A stretch of 32,000 nucleotides of DNA from an uncultured Chloroflexia bacterium (GTDB lineage Bacteria; Chloroflexota; Anaerolineae; Anaerolineales; Anaerolineaceae): assembly GCA_963704755.1 (NCBI GenBank), contig OY969938.1:2100001-2132000 (forward strand), read 5' to 3'. The notes below the pieces were generated by a model. The model ran no database searches and had not been told where the DNA came from. It was given only the letters and a program-made list of their open reading frames with translations. Positions within the stretch are counted from its first letter, which is position 1. Each line of letters starts with the position of its first letter. The translations under genes were made by a program, and so were the position numbers. This document shows, one piece after another, positions 24,110-32,000 of the stretch.

Positions 24110-24570
24110 TTCAGGCTAATGACGTAGGCAATCACGTCGGCAATTTCTTGCGGTGTCAGCAGCTTTTGATCTCCAAACGGTTTCATGCTCAGCGCCGGGC
24201 TTTCCCCTTCGGGGGTTGAGCCGTGCTCGATGAACAGGTCCAGGTTGGTGGCGAAGGTCTTGTAGTCTGAATTGACCAGGGTCGGGTCGATCGGGTTCAG
24301 GGATGGCACGGTCTTATCGTCCGAGCCCGGGTTGGCGACCCCACCCTTGCCCTGGTCACCGTGGCAGGCCACGCAGTTATTGGCAAAAATATCCGACCCG
24401 CGAGTTGCATCGCCGGTCAGGTTGATCGCATCGCCCGGTCCCCCACTGTTAGACGGCTTGGCGACCTCCTGGCTCTCTGTATCTTTGGAGGAGCAGGCGG
24501 TCAATGCCAGCGCCAGGATGCAAACCAAAACCATCCCCCATCCCATCCAGGATCGTTTTCGCTCGTTCAT
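24103..24570 (-). CDS. Monoheme class I c-type cytochrome, lipoprotein
   Basis: Signal peptide with lipobox LTAC and a single CVACHG heme motif. I prefer the ATG at 24570 (SD-like gagaggg upstream) to the TTG at 24591. It lies 56 nt downstream of actDE on the same strand. Confidence 0.8.
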   Translation of the reverse strand: MNERKRSWMGWGMVLVCILALALTACSSKDTESQEVAKPSNSGGPGDAINLTGDATRGSDIFANNCVACHGDQGKGGVANPGSDDKTVPSLNPIDPTLVNSDYKTFATNLDLFIEHGSTPEGESPALSMKPFGDQKLLTPQEIADVIAYVISLNQ

Positions 24571-24647
24571 CGGGTCCCTCTCTTTACACAACTGCTGCCA
24601 CAGTTGCCCTAACAGGTAAATGATTTCCCGTATTGGTCAGGGATTGG

Positions 24648-25676
24648 CTATTTTTTCAGGGTACGGACAAAGTTGATCACGTCCCAGCGCTCGTTCTTAT
24701 CCAGGTTCTCTGCCATGGAAGGCATAACGTCGAAACCGTTGGTGATCACCAGGTAAATATCCTGGTCGCTCATGCTTTGCACATCGCTGCCGGTCAAGTC
24801 CGCCGGAGGGGTTTTGCCAAAGAAACCGCCGACAGCGCTCTTGCCGTTCCCGCTGGCCCCGTGGCATACCGCGCAGGTCAGGCTGAACAGGTGTGAACCG
24901 CGGGCGATCGAATCGGCCGTGGCCGGCACAGGGTTAGAAGCCGGCTGGCCATCCACCAGCACCGGTCCATCGACCGGCACCGCATCCGGCGGTGCGGCCA
25001 GGCGCGGGCCCTCCAAATAGGCCACCGATTCCTGGCTGACCATTTGGGATGGGAACGGGATCTGGATGACGTTATAGGCCAACAAACCGGTCAGCAGGGT
25101 CAACACCCCGCCAAGCACGAAAAAGCCGGCCCAAAACAGGCGGTGGCCCGGGTCCTTGCGCTCATCCGTCTCCCCGCTGACCACGTCCTCGGCGCCCAGG
25201 TCATTGAAGATCCCGCGCACCTGGTCAACGATATCGGTCCCGATCTCAACGGCCACACCGATGTAGCCCTCGGAGATGCGCGGATCGTAAATCTGGCGCT
25301 TGAACACCGGAAAACGATTTTCACCGACCATGCCGAAAAACGATGCCCACATGGTACCCAGCATGGTCGCTTCGAACAGCACGATCAGCGTGGGCGGGAT
25401 CGGCACGATCGGCTGGCCGCCCGTGTGGATCGGGTAGAGTAAGAACACGGCCACGGACAGGAACAGCCCCAGCGAAACGCCCAGCAGAGAGCCCAGCAGG
25501 GCAATCCTGCCCACGCGCCGGCGCGGCTTAGGCCTGCCCAGCATATCCGCTTTGAACGGCATGCCCGAAATGACGGTGATATGCTCGTCCGAGATATTTA
25601 GATCGTGGAGTTTACGGATACTATCGGTTGCCGGCTCCAGGTCAGTAAAAAGGCCAAGAAGTTGTGTATCGGCCAC
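24648..25676 (-). CDS. actD: Alternative Complex III ActD (DUF3341) fused to ActE-like monoheme cytochrome c
   Basis: The N-terminal half (LLGLFTDLEPATDSIRKLHDLNISDEHITVISGMPF plus 2 TM) is ActD/DUF3341-like. After a third TM, the C-terminal domain carries CAVCHG and ends DVINFVRTLKK. GTG start with SD aggagg. Confidence 0.75.
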   Translation of the reverse strand: MADTQLLGLFTDLEPATDSIRKLHDLNISDEHITVISGMPFKADMLGRPKPRRRVGRIALLGSLLGVSLGLFLSVAVFLLYPIHTGGQPIVPIPPTLIVLFEATMLGTMWASFFGMVGENRFPVFKRQIYDPRISEGYIGVAVEIGTDIVDQVRGIFNDLGAEDVVSGETDERKDPGHRLFWAGFFVLGGVLTLLTGLLAYNVIQIPFPSQMVSQESVAYLEGPRLAAPPDAVPVDGPVLVDGQPASNPVPATADSIARGSHLFSLTCAVCHGASGNGKSAVGGFFGKTPPADLTGSDVQSMSDQDIYLVITNGFDVMPSMAENLDKNERWDVINFVRTLKK

Positions 25677-25689
25677 TTTGCCCTTCCTC

Positions 25690-27147
25690 CTATTCTGGTT
25701 CCGACTTGGTGGATACCAGCATACGCCCGAATTTCTTTACACCGGTTGTAATCTGGCCTTCGTACACTTCCCACAACGGAATCACCGGGAAGATACGGGT
25801 GAACAACACGTACATAAAGCACACAAAGCTGAACGCGCCAATGGTGATCAGGCTCTCAGGGATGTGCGGGATGTAAATACCCCAGCTATAGGGTAATTCA
25901 TTCCGGCTGAGCGTAACCGGGATGATCAGGTAACGCTCGATATACATCCCGATCTGGACAAACACCGAGATGAAGAACAGCGCACCCGGGCTGCTGCGCA
26001 CTTTCTTGGACCACAGCGTGCCCCAGGGCAAGACAATATTGGAGAAGAGCATCAGGTACCACAGCGGTGATGCGTACCCGCTCTGGAAGAGCTGCTGGAT
26101 AAGTTTCTCCACCGGGTCTTTGCCGTACCAGGGTACGATGTAATCGTTGAAGTAGAAGTAGGCCCAGGCCATCGAGAGGATCAGCAGCAGCGTGGCCATA
26201 CCGTTGAAATGCTCGGCCCGTAAGAAATACTTGAGCTTGAAGTTGCTGCGCAGTAACGCCAGCACCATAATTACTGCCCCGGTACCAGAGAACAGCGCGC
26301 CGATGACGAAATATGGCCCGAATACCGTGCTGTGCCAGCCGGGCTGGATGGCCATGGCGAAGTCCCAGGACACGATGGTATGGACCGAGAACATGACCGG
26401 GATAATGGCGTAAGTAAACACGTTCAGCGCCGTATCCTGGTTGGCCCATTCGCGCTCACTGCCGCGCCAGCCCAAAGCCAGGGCCTTGTACAGGCTGTGG
26501 CGCCAGCCGGTGGTATGGTCACGGGCCATGGCCAGGTCTGGCATCAGCCCGATATAGGCGAACAAAATACTACAGGAAAGGTAGGTCAGAATGGCGGTCA
26601 GGTCCCACAGCAAAGGCGAGTGGTAGCTGGGCCAGAGCTGGCGTTCGTTAGGATATGGCAGCAGCCAGTAAAATTTCCACGAACGGCCCAGGTGGATCAG
26701 CGGGAAAAGGGCCGCTGTCATCAGGGCAAAGATCGTCAGCGTTTCGGCCGCGCGGCTGACCGGCCGGCGCCACTCGACTTTGAGCGCGCGCAGGGCCGCC
26801 GAGATGAATGTGCCGGCGTGGCCGATACCGATGAAGTACACAAAATTGACGATGTACAGCGCCCACATGACCGGCCGGCCCAGGCCGGTGATCCCCAGGC
26901 CATCTTTCATCTGGAAATACCAGGTCACGAAAAGCATCAGCACCAGGCCGCCCAGGATCACTGTGACGAATTGGAAACGGCGTTTGGTCAGGCTCATCGG
27001 CTCTAACAGAGCCTGGATGTTCTCCTGAGGAGGGCGCGGATCCAGCATCAGCCTCTCGTTTTGCAGGTGCTCTACCTGGGAGGACATCTCCGGATCATCG
27101 TCCAGGCGACGCTGCCAGAAAGCACCACCGCTTTTGTTTTCTGCCAT
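25690..27147 (-). CDS. actC: Alternative Complex III ActC, NrfD/PsrC-like quinol-interacting membrane subunit
   Basis: 485-aa polytopic protein at the position expected for actC, after the FeS subunit. ATG start with SD ggaggagg. Confidence 0.8.
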   Translation of the reverse strand: MAENKSGGAFWQRRLDDDPEMSSQVEHLQNERLMLDPRPPQENIQALLEPMSLTKRRFQFVTVILGGLVLMLFVTWYFQMKDGLGITGLGRPVMWALYIVNFVYFIGIGHAGTFISAALRALKVEWRRPVSRAAETLTIFALMTAALFPLIHLGRSWKFYWLLPYPNERQLWPSYHSPLLWDLTAILTYLSCSILFAYIGLMPDLAMARDHTTGWRHSLYKALALGWRGSEREWANQDTALNVFTYAIIPVMFSVHTIVSWDFAMAIQPGWHSTVFGPYFVIGALFSGTGAVIMVLALLRSNFKLKYFLRAEHFNGMATLLLILSMAWAYFYFNDYIVPWYGKDPVEKLIQQLFQSGYASPLWYLMLFSNIVLPWGTLWSKKVRSSPGALFFISVFVQIGMYIERYLIIPVTLSRNELPYSWGIYIPHIPESLITIGAFSFVCFMYVLFTRIFPVIPLWEVYEGQITTGVKKFGRMLVSTKSEPE

Positions 27148-27165
27148 ACCCTTTTCCTCCTCCGG

Positions 27166-27885
27166 TTACACCGCCGGGGTAAACTCGCCGACTTTCAGAT
27201 AAACCACCTGGGGCAGCGTACCTAATTCTTCCAACAGCTTGAACTGGCGCTGGTCTTCACCAATCACCTGAGCGACCTTGCTGTTGGCGTCGTTCATGTC
27301 GCCGAAGATCAGCGCGCTGGTCGGGCAGGACTGCACGCAAGCCGGTACGACGTCGCCGTCTTGCAAGTCGCGCCCCTCTACCAGGGCCTCTTCTTCGGAG
27401 CGGCGGATGCGCTGGACGCAGAAGGTGCATTTTTCCATCACGCCGGCCGTGCGGACGGTTACATCCGGGTTCAATTGCTCGGTCAGCAGGCCCTCGAACT
27501 GCGGGTCGCGGAAATTGAAGAAACGTACTTTATAAGGATCATTATTCTGGCAGTAGCGCGTGCCCACACAGCGGTTGTAGACCTGTACATTCAAATTCTC
27601 GCGTTCGCTGTGCATGGTCGCGTACACCGGGCAGACCGGCTCGCAGGGCGCATTTTCGCACTGCTGGCACATCACCGGCATGTAGCGTTCCTTGATGTTG
27701 GGGTACTCCCCTTCCCAATAGCGCTCTATGCGGATCCAGTGCATGGCCCGGCCACGCACGACTTCGGCCTCATCTACAATCGGGACATTATTCTCGGCAT
27801 GGCAGGCTACCACACAGGCGTTACAGCCGGTGCAAGCGTCCAGGTTGACTACCATAGACCATTTATGTTCAGGAAGGTCGGCCAT
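27166..27885 (-). CDS. actB2: Alternative Complex III ActB2, 4Fe-4S ferredoxin-type subunit (separate polypeptide)
   Basis: Cys clusters CTGCNACVVAC, CQQCENAPCEPVCP, CVGTRYC, CTFC and CVQSCP are typical of PsrB/NrfC/ActB2. Confidence 0.85.
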   Translation of the reverse strand: MADLPEHKWSMVVNLDACTGCNACVVACHAENNVPIVDEAEVVRGRAMHWIRIERYWEGEYPNIKERYMPVMCQQCENAPCEPVCPVYATMHSERENLNVQVYNRCVGTRYCQNNDPYKVRFFNFRDPQFEGLLTEQLNPDVTVRTAGVMEKCTFCVQRIRRSEEEALVEGRDLQDGDVVPACVQSCPTSALIFGDMNDANSKVAQVIGEDQRQFKLLEELGTLPQVVYLKVGEFTPAV

Positions 27886-27907
27886 ATCTACTGATAATCC
27901 TTTCAGG

Positions 27908-30130
27908 CTATTCGCCCGGGAAGCCCTTGTTGAGGAAACCCGTCTCTACGCCCTCGGTATATTCAAAGGTCGCCATGTGCATCTTGCGCCCGGTAGGCGT
28001 TACCTGCACGCGGATATTTCCCAAAGGCAGCTCAACGCTGCCCGAACCGCTTTGCGGGGCCGCCAGTTGCACGGCATTGACGCCCCGCCGGCTGGCATAA
28101 CGGCCAAAGTCCGTGTGGCCCTGGCCCAACGGCATCGCCACGGTATCCGGCCGGATCGCCGGGTACAGGTAGGCCGCCGCTTCGATCTCGCCCGCGGGCG
28201 AGGTAATCTTCAAAATATCGCCTTGCTGGACGCCCATTTTCCCGGCCGTGGTGGGGTTGATCTCCACCCAGGTCTGCCATGAAATAGAAGTGTTGACGTC
28301 CGGAGAACCTTGCAGCCAGGGTTGGTTTGCTCCCCGGCCATCGCTCAATAACTCTGAAAGATAGAGGTGTAAATAATAGGGATAAGTCTGGGCATCGCCC
28401 TGGTAATTGTACTGGCTGCCGCCGGTGGGGAAGGTCACCGTGGCCGGTGGATGATTGCTGGCCGCTGCCCCGGCGGATTGAGGCCACCAGCCGCCCTTCT
28501 GCAAGAAGCTGGCCCAAACGGCGCCGGGCGTCGTTCCATAGGTCGAATCGATCGGCAGCCCGCCGATCTGCTCCTTGAGGAACTCCACCTCGTCCTTCCA
28601 GGTCAGCACACTGGCCGCCGCGGGGATTTCCTTGGCGGCGTCCAGGATCACGTCCCCGGCCGAGCGAATATCATAGACCGGCATGACCACCGGCTGCTGG
28701 CTGCTCAAAGAGGGCGTGCCGAAATCCGGTGAAGTCACGTCGTAGCCCCACGATTCCAGGTAAGTGCGGTCCGGCAGGATCAGGTCGGCCTGGACGGCCG
28801 TTTCGTCGATGACCGGCGCGAACGAAACCACAAACGGCACGTTCTTGAGCGCATCCAGGAAGCCGGCTTGCTGGGGCAGGTCGTAGGCCGGGTTGGCTCC
28901 GTAGATCACCAACACCTTTACCTGGCCGCTGGACATGCGCTGGATCAGCTTTTGGGCGTCTGCGTAAGTGGATACGGCCGGTTTTTGCAAGGCCGGCTGC
29001 TGCAAGCCGGCCGAACCAACCAGGGCAGACGAGCGCGTATCCGCGCCTGAAACCACGTTGAGCGCCTGCACGGCCGTGATCACCTCGGCCGCATTCGGCT
29101 GGTTGGCCAACAACTCGCCGGGAATGGCCAGGGCCTTTTGGGCGCTGCCGAAAATGCGCGCCAGGTCCTGGATCTCAGCGGCCTGCAAGTCGCATTCCTG
29201 AGCCGCCTGCTGCAAATCTACCGAAAGGTCCATCGCGCGAGCGCGGGTGACCACGTCATTCGAGCCCACCCCCAACCCGGCGATCTGCGAAATGATGGCC
29301 TTGGCCAGGGTCAGCTCGCTGCCCGGTTTGGCCGGTACCCAGCGGTCGGCTTTGGATCCGATCGAGGACATGCGTGGCTCGATCTGCACCAGAAAACCGC
29401 GTTTGCCTAACGGCTGGCTGCGGAATTTGCCAAACTCGATCCCGTAACGCACCCCGGAATGCCAGGCGCCGGTAAAATTGGCCCCGAAAGAAAAAATTAC
29501 GTCCTCGTCGCCCAACTGGTACGCCGGAAGCTGAGGCGTACTATACAGGGCCTGGTCAGCCAATCCGTAATTGGCATACCCGTTGAACAGGGTATACAGG
29601 TCGTAGACCAGTGGCGCAGGCGCGCCGATCGCCGTCGTCAGCCGCGAAAACAGGTCATAGACGTGGCCGGAAACGGTAGAGCCCGCCCAAACGGCCACAT
29701 CCGGGCCGGCCGCCTGGAGTTTATCGGCCAGCATCTTGACCCCGTCGTCCCAACTGACGTCGGTATAGGTCTTCGAGCCGCGGGAAGTCTGCTGCTGGGG
29801 TCCTTGCAGGCGGTCCGGGTTATATAACAGTTGCAGCCCAGACTGGCCACGCGCGCACAATTTGCCCTGGTTGAGCGGATGCTGCGGGTTGCCTTCGATC
29901 TTAACCGCCCGCCCGTTCATGATCCGCACAATAATGCCGCATCCGGCCGGGCATTGGCGGCAGGTGCTGGCGTACCAGGTTGCTTTACCGGCTACCTGCT
30001 CTTCTGGCGGCACGACATAGGGCTCCAATACCTCCCACCGCCGTGGCCATTTACAGCCGGTCAGGACGGCCGAGCCGGTCCCAATCATTGCGATGCGCAA
30101 GAATTTGCGTCGGGAAATTTTTATAGTCAC
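27908..30130 (-). CDS. actB1: Alternative Complex III ActB1, molybdopterin-oxidoreductase-like subunit with Tat signal
   Basis: The twin-arginine signal SRRKFLRIAMIGTGSAVLTGC is followed by CRQCPAGCG...KLCARG (N-terminal FeS motif of the complex iron-sulfur molybdoenzyme (CISM) family). 740 aa, GTG start. Confidence 0.85.
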   Translation of the reverse strand: MTIKISRRKFLRIAMIGTGSAVLTGCKWPRRWEVLEPYVVPPEEQVAGKATWYASTCRQCPAGCGIIVRIMNGRAVKIEGNPQHPLNQGKLCARGQSGLQLLYNPDRLQGPQQQTSRGSKTYTDVSWDDGVKMLADKLQAAGPDVAVWAGSTVSGHVYDLFSRLTTAIGAPAPLVYDLYTLFNGYANYGLADQALYSTPQLPAYQLGDEDVIFSFGANFTGAWHSGVRYGIEFGKFRSQPLGKRGFLVQIEPRMSSIGSKADRWVPAKPGSELTLAKAIISQIAGLGVGSNDVVTRARAMDLSVDLQQAAQECDLQAAEIQDLARIFGSAQKALAIPGELLANQPNAAEVITAVQALNVVSGADTRSSALVGSAGLQQPALQKPAVSTYADAQKLIQRMSSGQVKVLVIYGANPAYDLPQQAGFLDALKNVPFVVSFAPVIDETAVQADLILPDRTYLESWGYDVTSPDFGTPSLSSQQPVVMPVYDIRSAGDVILDAAKEIPAAASVLTWKDEVEFLKEQIGGLPIDSTYGTTPGAVWASFLQKGGWWPQSAGAAASNHPPATVTFPTGGSQYNYQGDAQTYPYYLHLYLSELLSDGRGANQPWLQGSPDVNTSISWQTWVEINPTTAGKMGVQQGDILKITSPAGEIEAAAYLYPAIRPDTVAMPLGQGHTDFGRYASRRGVNAVQLAAPQSGSGSVELPLGNIRVQVTPTGRKMHMATFEYTEGVETGFLNKGFPGE

Positions 30131-30207
30131 GTTACCCGCCTATCGATAGGTTTCTGGGGTTGTTCTCGATTACCAATCTTCTCATCATCGCGTCTCCTCC
30201 AAAAACC

Positions 30208-30810
30208 CTATTGGTGACATGTGATGCATTCCATTAATTGAGGTGCATTGGCCTGTTTTTCATGACAACTCAGGCACCAGCCCATATCCATCTTGACGAC
30301 CGGCTGGGCAATGGCCATGTGTCCCACGTCCCCGTGGCAGTTCGAGCAGTCGAGACCGGCCGCCGTCACATGCACCTCATGGCTGAAATAGACGAACCGC
30401 GGGAGTTGATTCACACGCACCCACGGGATCGGCTCGTCATTTTTCCAATACTGGGCTACTTTTTGGATTTCTGCGTTTGTGGGATCGATAACCTGGTGAC
30501 AACCCATGCACTTTTGTACGCTGGGCATTCCGGCCGCCATCGACCGGCGGGCGTCCGTATGGCAGAACTGGCAATCGATGCCCATCTGCACCATCACCTC
30601 GTGGTTAAACGCGATCGGCTGAACACTGGCCGCCTTGGCCTTGTTGGTCTGCACCACCAGCAAAACCACCACTGCCGCGACGATCACGACCAATCCAGCC
30701 GGAATCCACCAACGCTTCCGCAAGAACTCAAAAATTTTTCCGGGGCTGATTTTCAATATTCCCACCCTTTCGGTAAATTTTTTTTTATCGTTGGAACTCG
30801 TCCCGGTCAA
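30208..30810 (-). CDS. actA: Alternative Complex III ActA, membrane-anchored pentaheme cytochrome c
   Basis: Five CxxCH motifs (CQFCH, CMGCH, CSNCH, CLSCH, CITCH) follow one N-terminal TM helix. The track start at 30810 is TTG, so the exact start is uncertain. Confidence 0.85.
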   Translation of the reverse strand: MTGTSSNDKKKFTERVGILKISPGKIFEFLRKRWWIPAGLVVIVAAVVVLLVVQTNKAKAASVQPIAFNHEVMVQMGIDCQFCHTDARRSMAAGMPSVQKCMGCHQVIDPTNAEIQKVAQYWKNDEPIPWVRVNQLPRFVYFSHEVHVTAAGLDCSNCHGDVGHMAIAQPVVKMDMGWCLSCHEKQANAPQLMECITCHQ

Positions 30811-31294
30811 ACCTTACCGGCCGGGCGAAAATACAAAATCGCCGTACATAAAATGAATTATGCGGACTACTTGATCATCATAAATGGATGCAGTCCATTT
30901 TTACTTTACCCTCACCTTAGTCCGACTTAATCTCGACTTAAATGGGGGTGAGCGTTCTCTTCCAACCGTCGGCCTTGCCTGTATTTGCCTGTAAAAACCC
31001 TGAATTTCCCGGTAGCTGGTTTAGCTTCAGGCTCCGGCGGCGGCTCGCTTAACTCGCCATTAAGCCGCCGATATGATGGTTTAAGGCAGTGGGTTTTGGT
31101 TACTATTAAGATAATTATAATATAATATCGTGAGTTTTGAGCACACTATATTGGTGAATTCGGGGTTTTTGGTAATCTCCGTAGTGGGGTGGTGAGGTGG
31201 ATGGTGCAAGAACGCTTCTGCACCTTCTCCATACGACCTACGAAACCGGGATTTCTACAAGCCGCAAATTTACCGCCAGGGAAGCAGCTACCTG

Positions 31295-32000
31295 ATGGAA
31301 AAAGACCGCCAGACTTTACCACTACGAAAGCCTTATCGTTTCTTATCCGGCTTCAAAAAGCCCAAAAGGTTTCCTCTTTATTTATTCCTTTTGGTTTTCT
31401 TGTTAGCGGGATGTGCAACCAGCCCAACCTTCCTCCAACCCAACTCGCTCGTTTCCTCCAAGGAAGCCGACCTCTTTCGCATCATCCTCTACATGTCGAT
31501 CGGGGTCTTCGTGTTGGTCTGGGTACTGCTGTTGGTGAACATCATTGCCTTCCGCCAACGCGACCCGGAGGATAAAGTAGAGCCTCGCCAGAAATACGGC
31601 AACTTTCGCCTGGAGATCATCTGGACGGCGATCCCGATCGTGCTGGTGCTGATCTTATTCGTCCTCACCATGCGTACCATGCAGGCCGTCGCCGCCCCGG
31701 CGCCCGCGCAGAGCGATGTAAATATTACGGTCATCGGACACCAGTGGTGGTGGGAGTTTGATTATCCCGACCTGGGCATCGTCACCGCCAACGAAATGCA
31801 CGTTCCGGTCGGCGCCAACGTCAAGATGGTGGTCACCTCGGCGGATGTGATCCACAGTTTCTGGGTGCCTCAATTGGCCAACAAAGTCGATGCCATCCCC
31901 GGCCAGAACAACAACCTCTGGTTCCAGGCCCAAAACCTGGGCACCTTCGATGGCCAGTGCGCCGAGTTCTGCGGCCTCAATCACGCCAACATGCGCGTCA
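31295..32000 (+). CDS. coxB: Cytochrome c oxidase subunit II (partial, runs off the window end)
   Basis: My own translation from the ATG at 31295, in a frame not listed in the ORF track because no stop falls in the window. It reads MEKDRQ...LLAGC (lipobox), two TM helices, HQWWWEFDYP, SADVIHSFWVPQL and the start of the CuA site, CAEFCGLNHANM. Confidence 0.85.
   Translation, partial: MEKDRQTLPLRKPYRFLSGFKKPKRFPLYLFLLVFLLAGCATSPTFLQPNSLVSSKEADLFRIILYMSIGVFVLVWVLLLVNIIAFRQRDPEDKVEPRQKYGNFRLEIIWTAIPIVLVLILFVLTMRTMQAVAAPAPAQSDVNITVIGHQWWWEFDYPDLGIVTANEMHVPVGANVKMVVTSADVIHSFWVPQLANKVDAIPGQNNNLWFQAQNLGTFDGQCAEFCGLNHANMRV

Noticed and set aside
31081-31160. Promoter call in the AT-rich actA-coxB divergent region (tataat at 31116-31121 and 31121-31126)
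   Set aside because: -10-like hexamers are present, but I could not find a convincing -35 at 16-18 nt spacing for either, so I did not annotate a promoter. Transcription start site mapping would be needed.
31189-31575. 128-aa ORF upstream of the window end
   Set aside because: A different frame starting at ATG 31295 gives an unmistakable cytochrome oxidase subunit II (HQWWWEFDYP, CAEFCG..H..M), so the listed ORF is an out-of-frame overlap.
1-32000. tRNA, rRNA, tmRNA, integrase, transposase or prophage genes that could define a mobile island
   Set aside because: A by-eye scan found no T-arm/anticodon-arm architecture or rRNA-like segments. None of the ORF translations shows DDE, tyrosine- or serine-recombinase, or phage structural motifs. 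Absence cannot be proven without tRNAscan, Infernal or HMM searches.

Overview
GC-rich (roughly 60%) bacterial chromosomal window. It is probably from a Chloroflexota-like organism; this is inferred from gene content and repeat style and has not been checked. About 26 genes are supported. On the minus strand: a TM-PAS-PAS-GAF-HD-GYP signalling protein, a large polytopic membrane protein, and a PadR/DUF2812 pair. On the plus strand: an arsM-like methyltransferase translationally coupled to a SigZ-family ECF sigma factor with a Cys-rich tail, then a YtrA-type GntR regulator with a DUF1648/DUF5808 membrane protein, a CPBP intramembrane protease and a lipoprotein. Next come a solo ABC exporter, a small SAM methyltransferase, a MarR-controlled heterodimeric ABC exporter pair with one degenerate ATP site, and two GT-C-like membrane glycosyltransferases. 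The window ends with an Alternative Complex III operon (actA, split actB1/actB2, actC, fused actD-actE, extra monoheme cytochrome c, no second NrfD-like actF), divergent from a partial cytochrome oxidase subunit II gene. I saw no tRNA, rRNA, CRISPR, transposase or integrase. The unusual part is non-coding. Five intergenic regions are expanded to 0.47-1.9 kb, about 4 kb or one eighth of the window. They are built from shared palindromic/REP-like modules, 8-nt microsatellite arrays and MITE-like elements. The most striking region is 20363-22086, which holds three head-to-tail, ~97% identical copies of a ~540-555 nt module of nested inverted repeats with no conserved reading frame. This is the best candidate for something undescribed: a structured RNA array or an amplified composite repeat. 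All functional calls come from motif recognition in the supplied translations; no database search was run.
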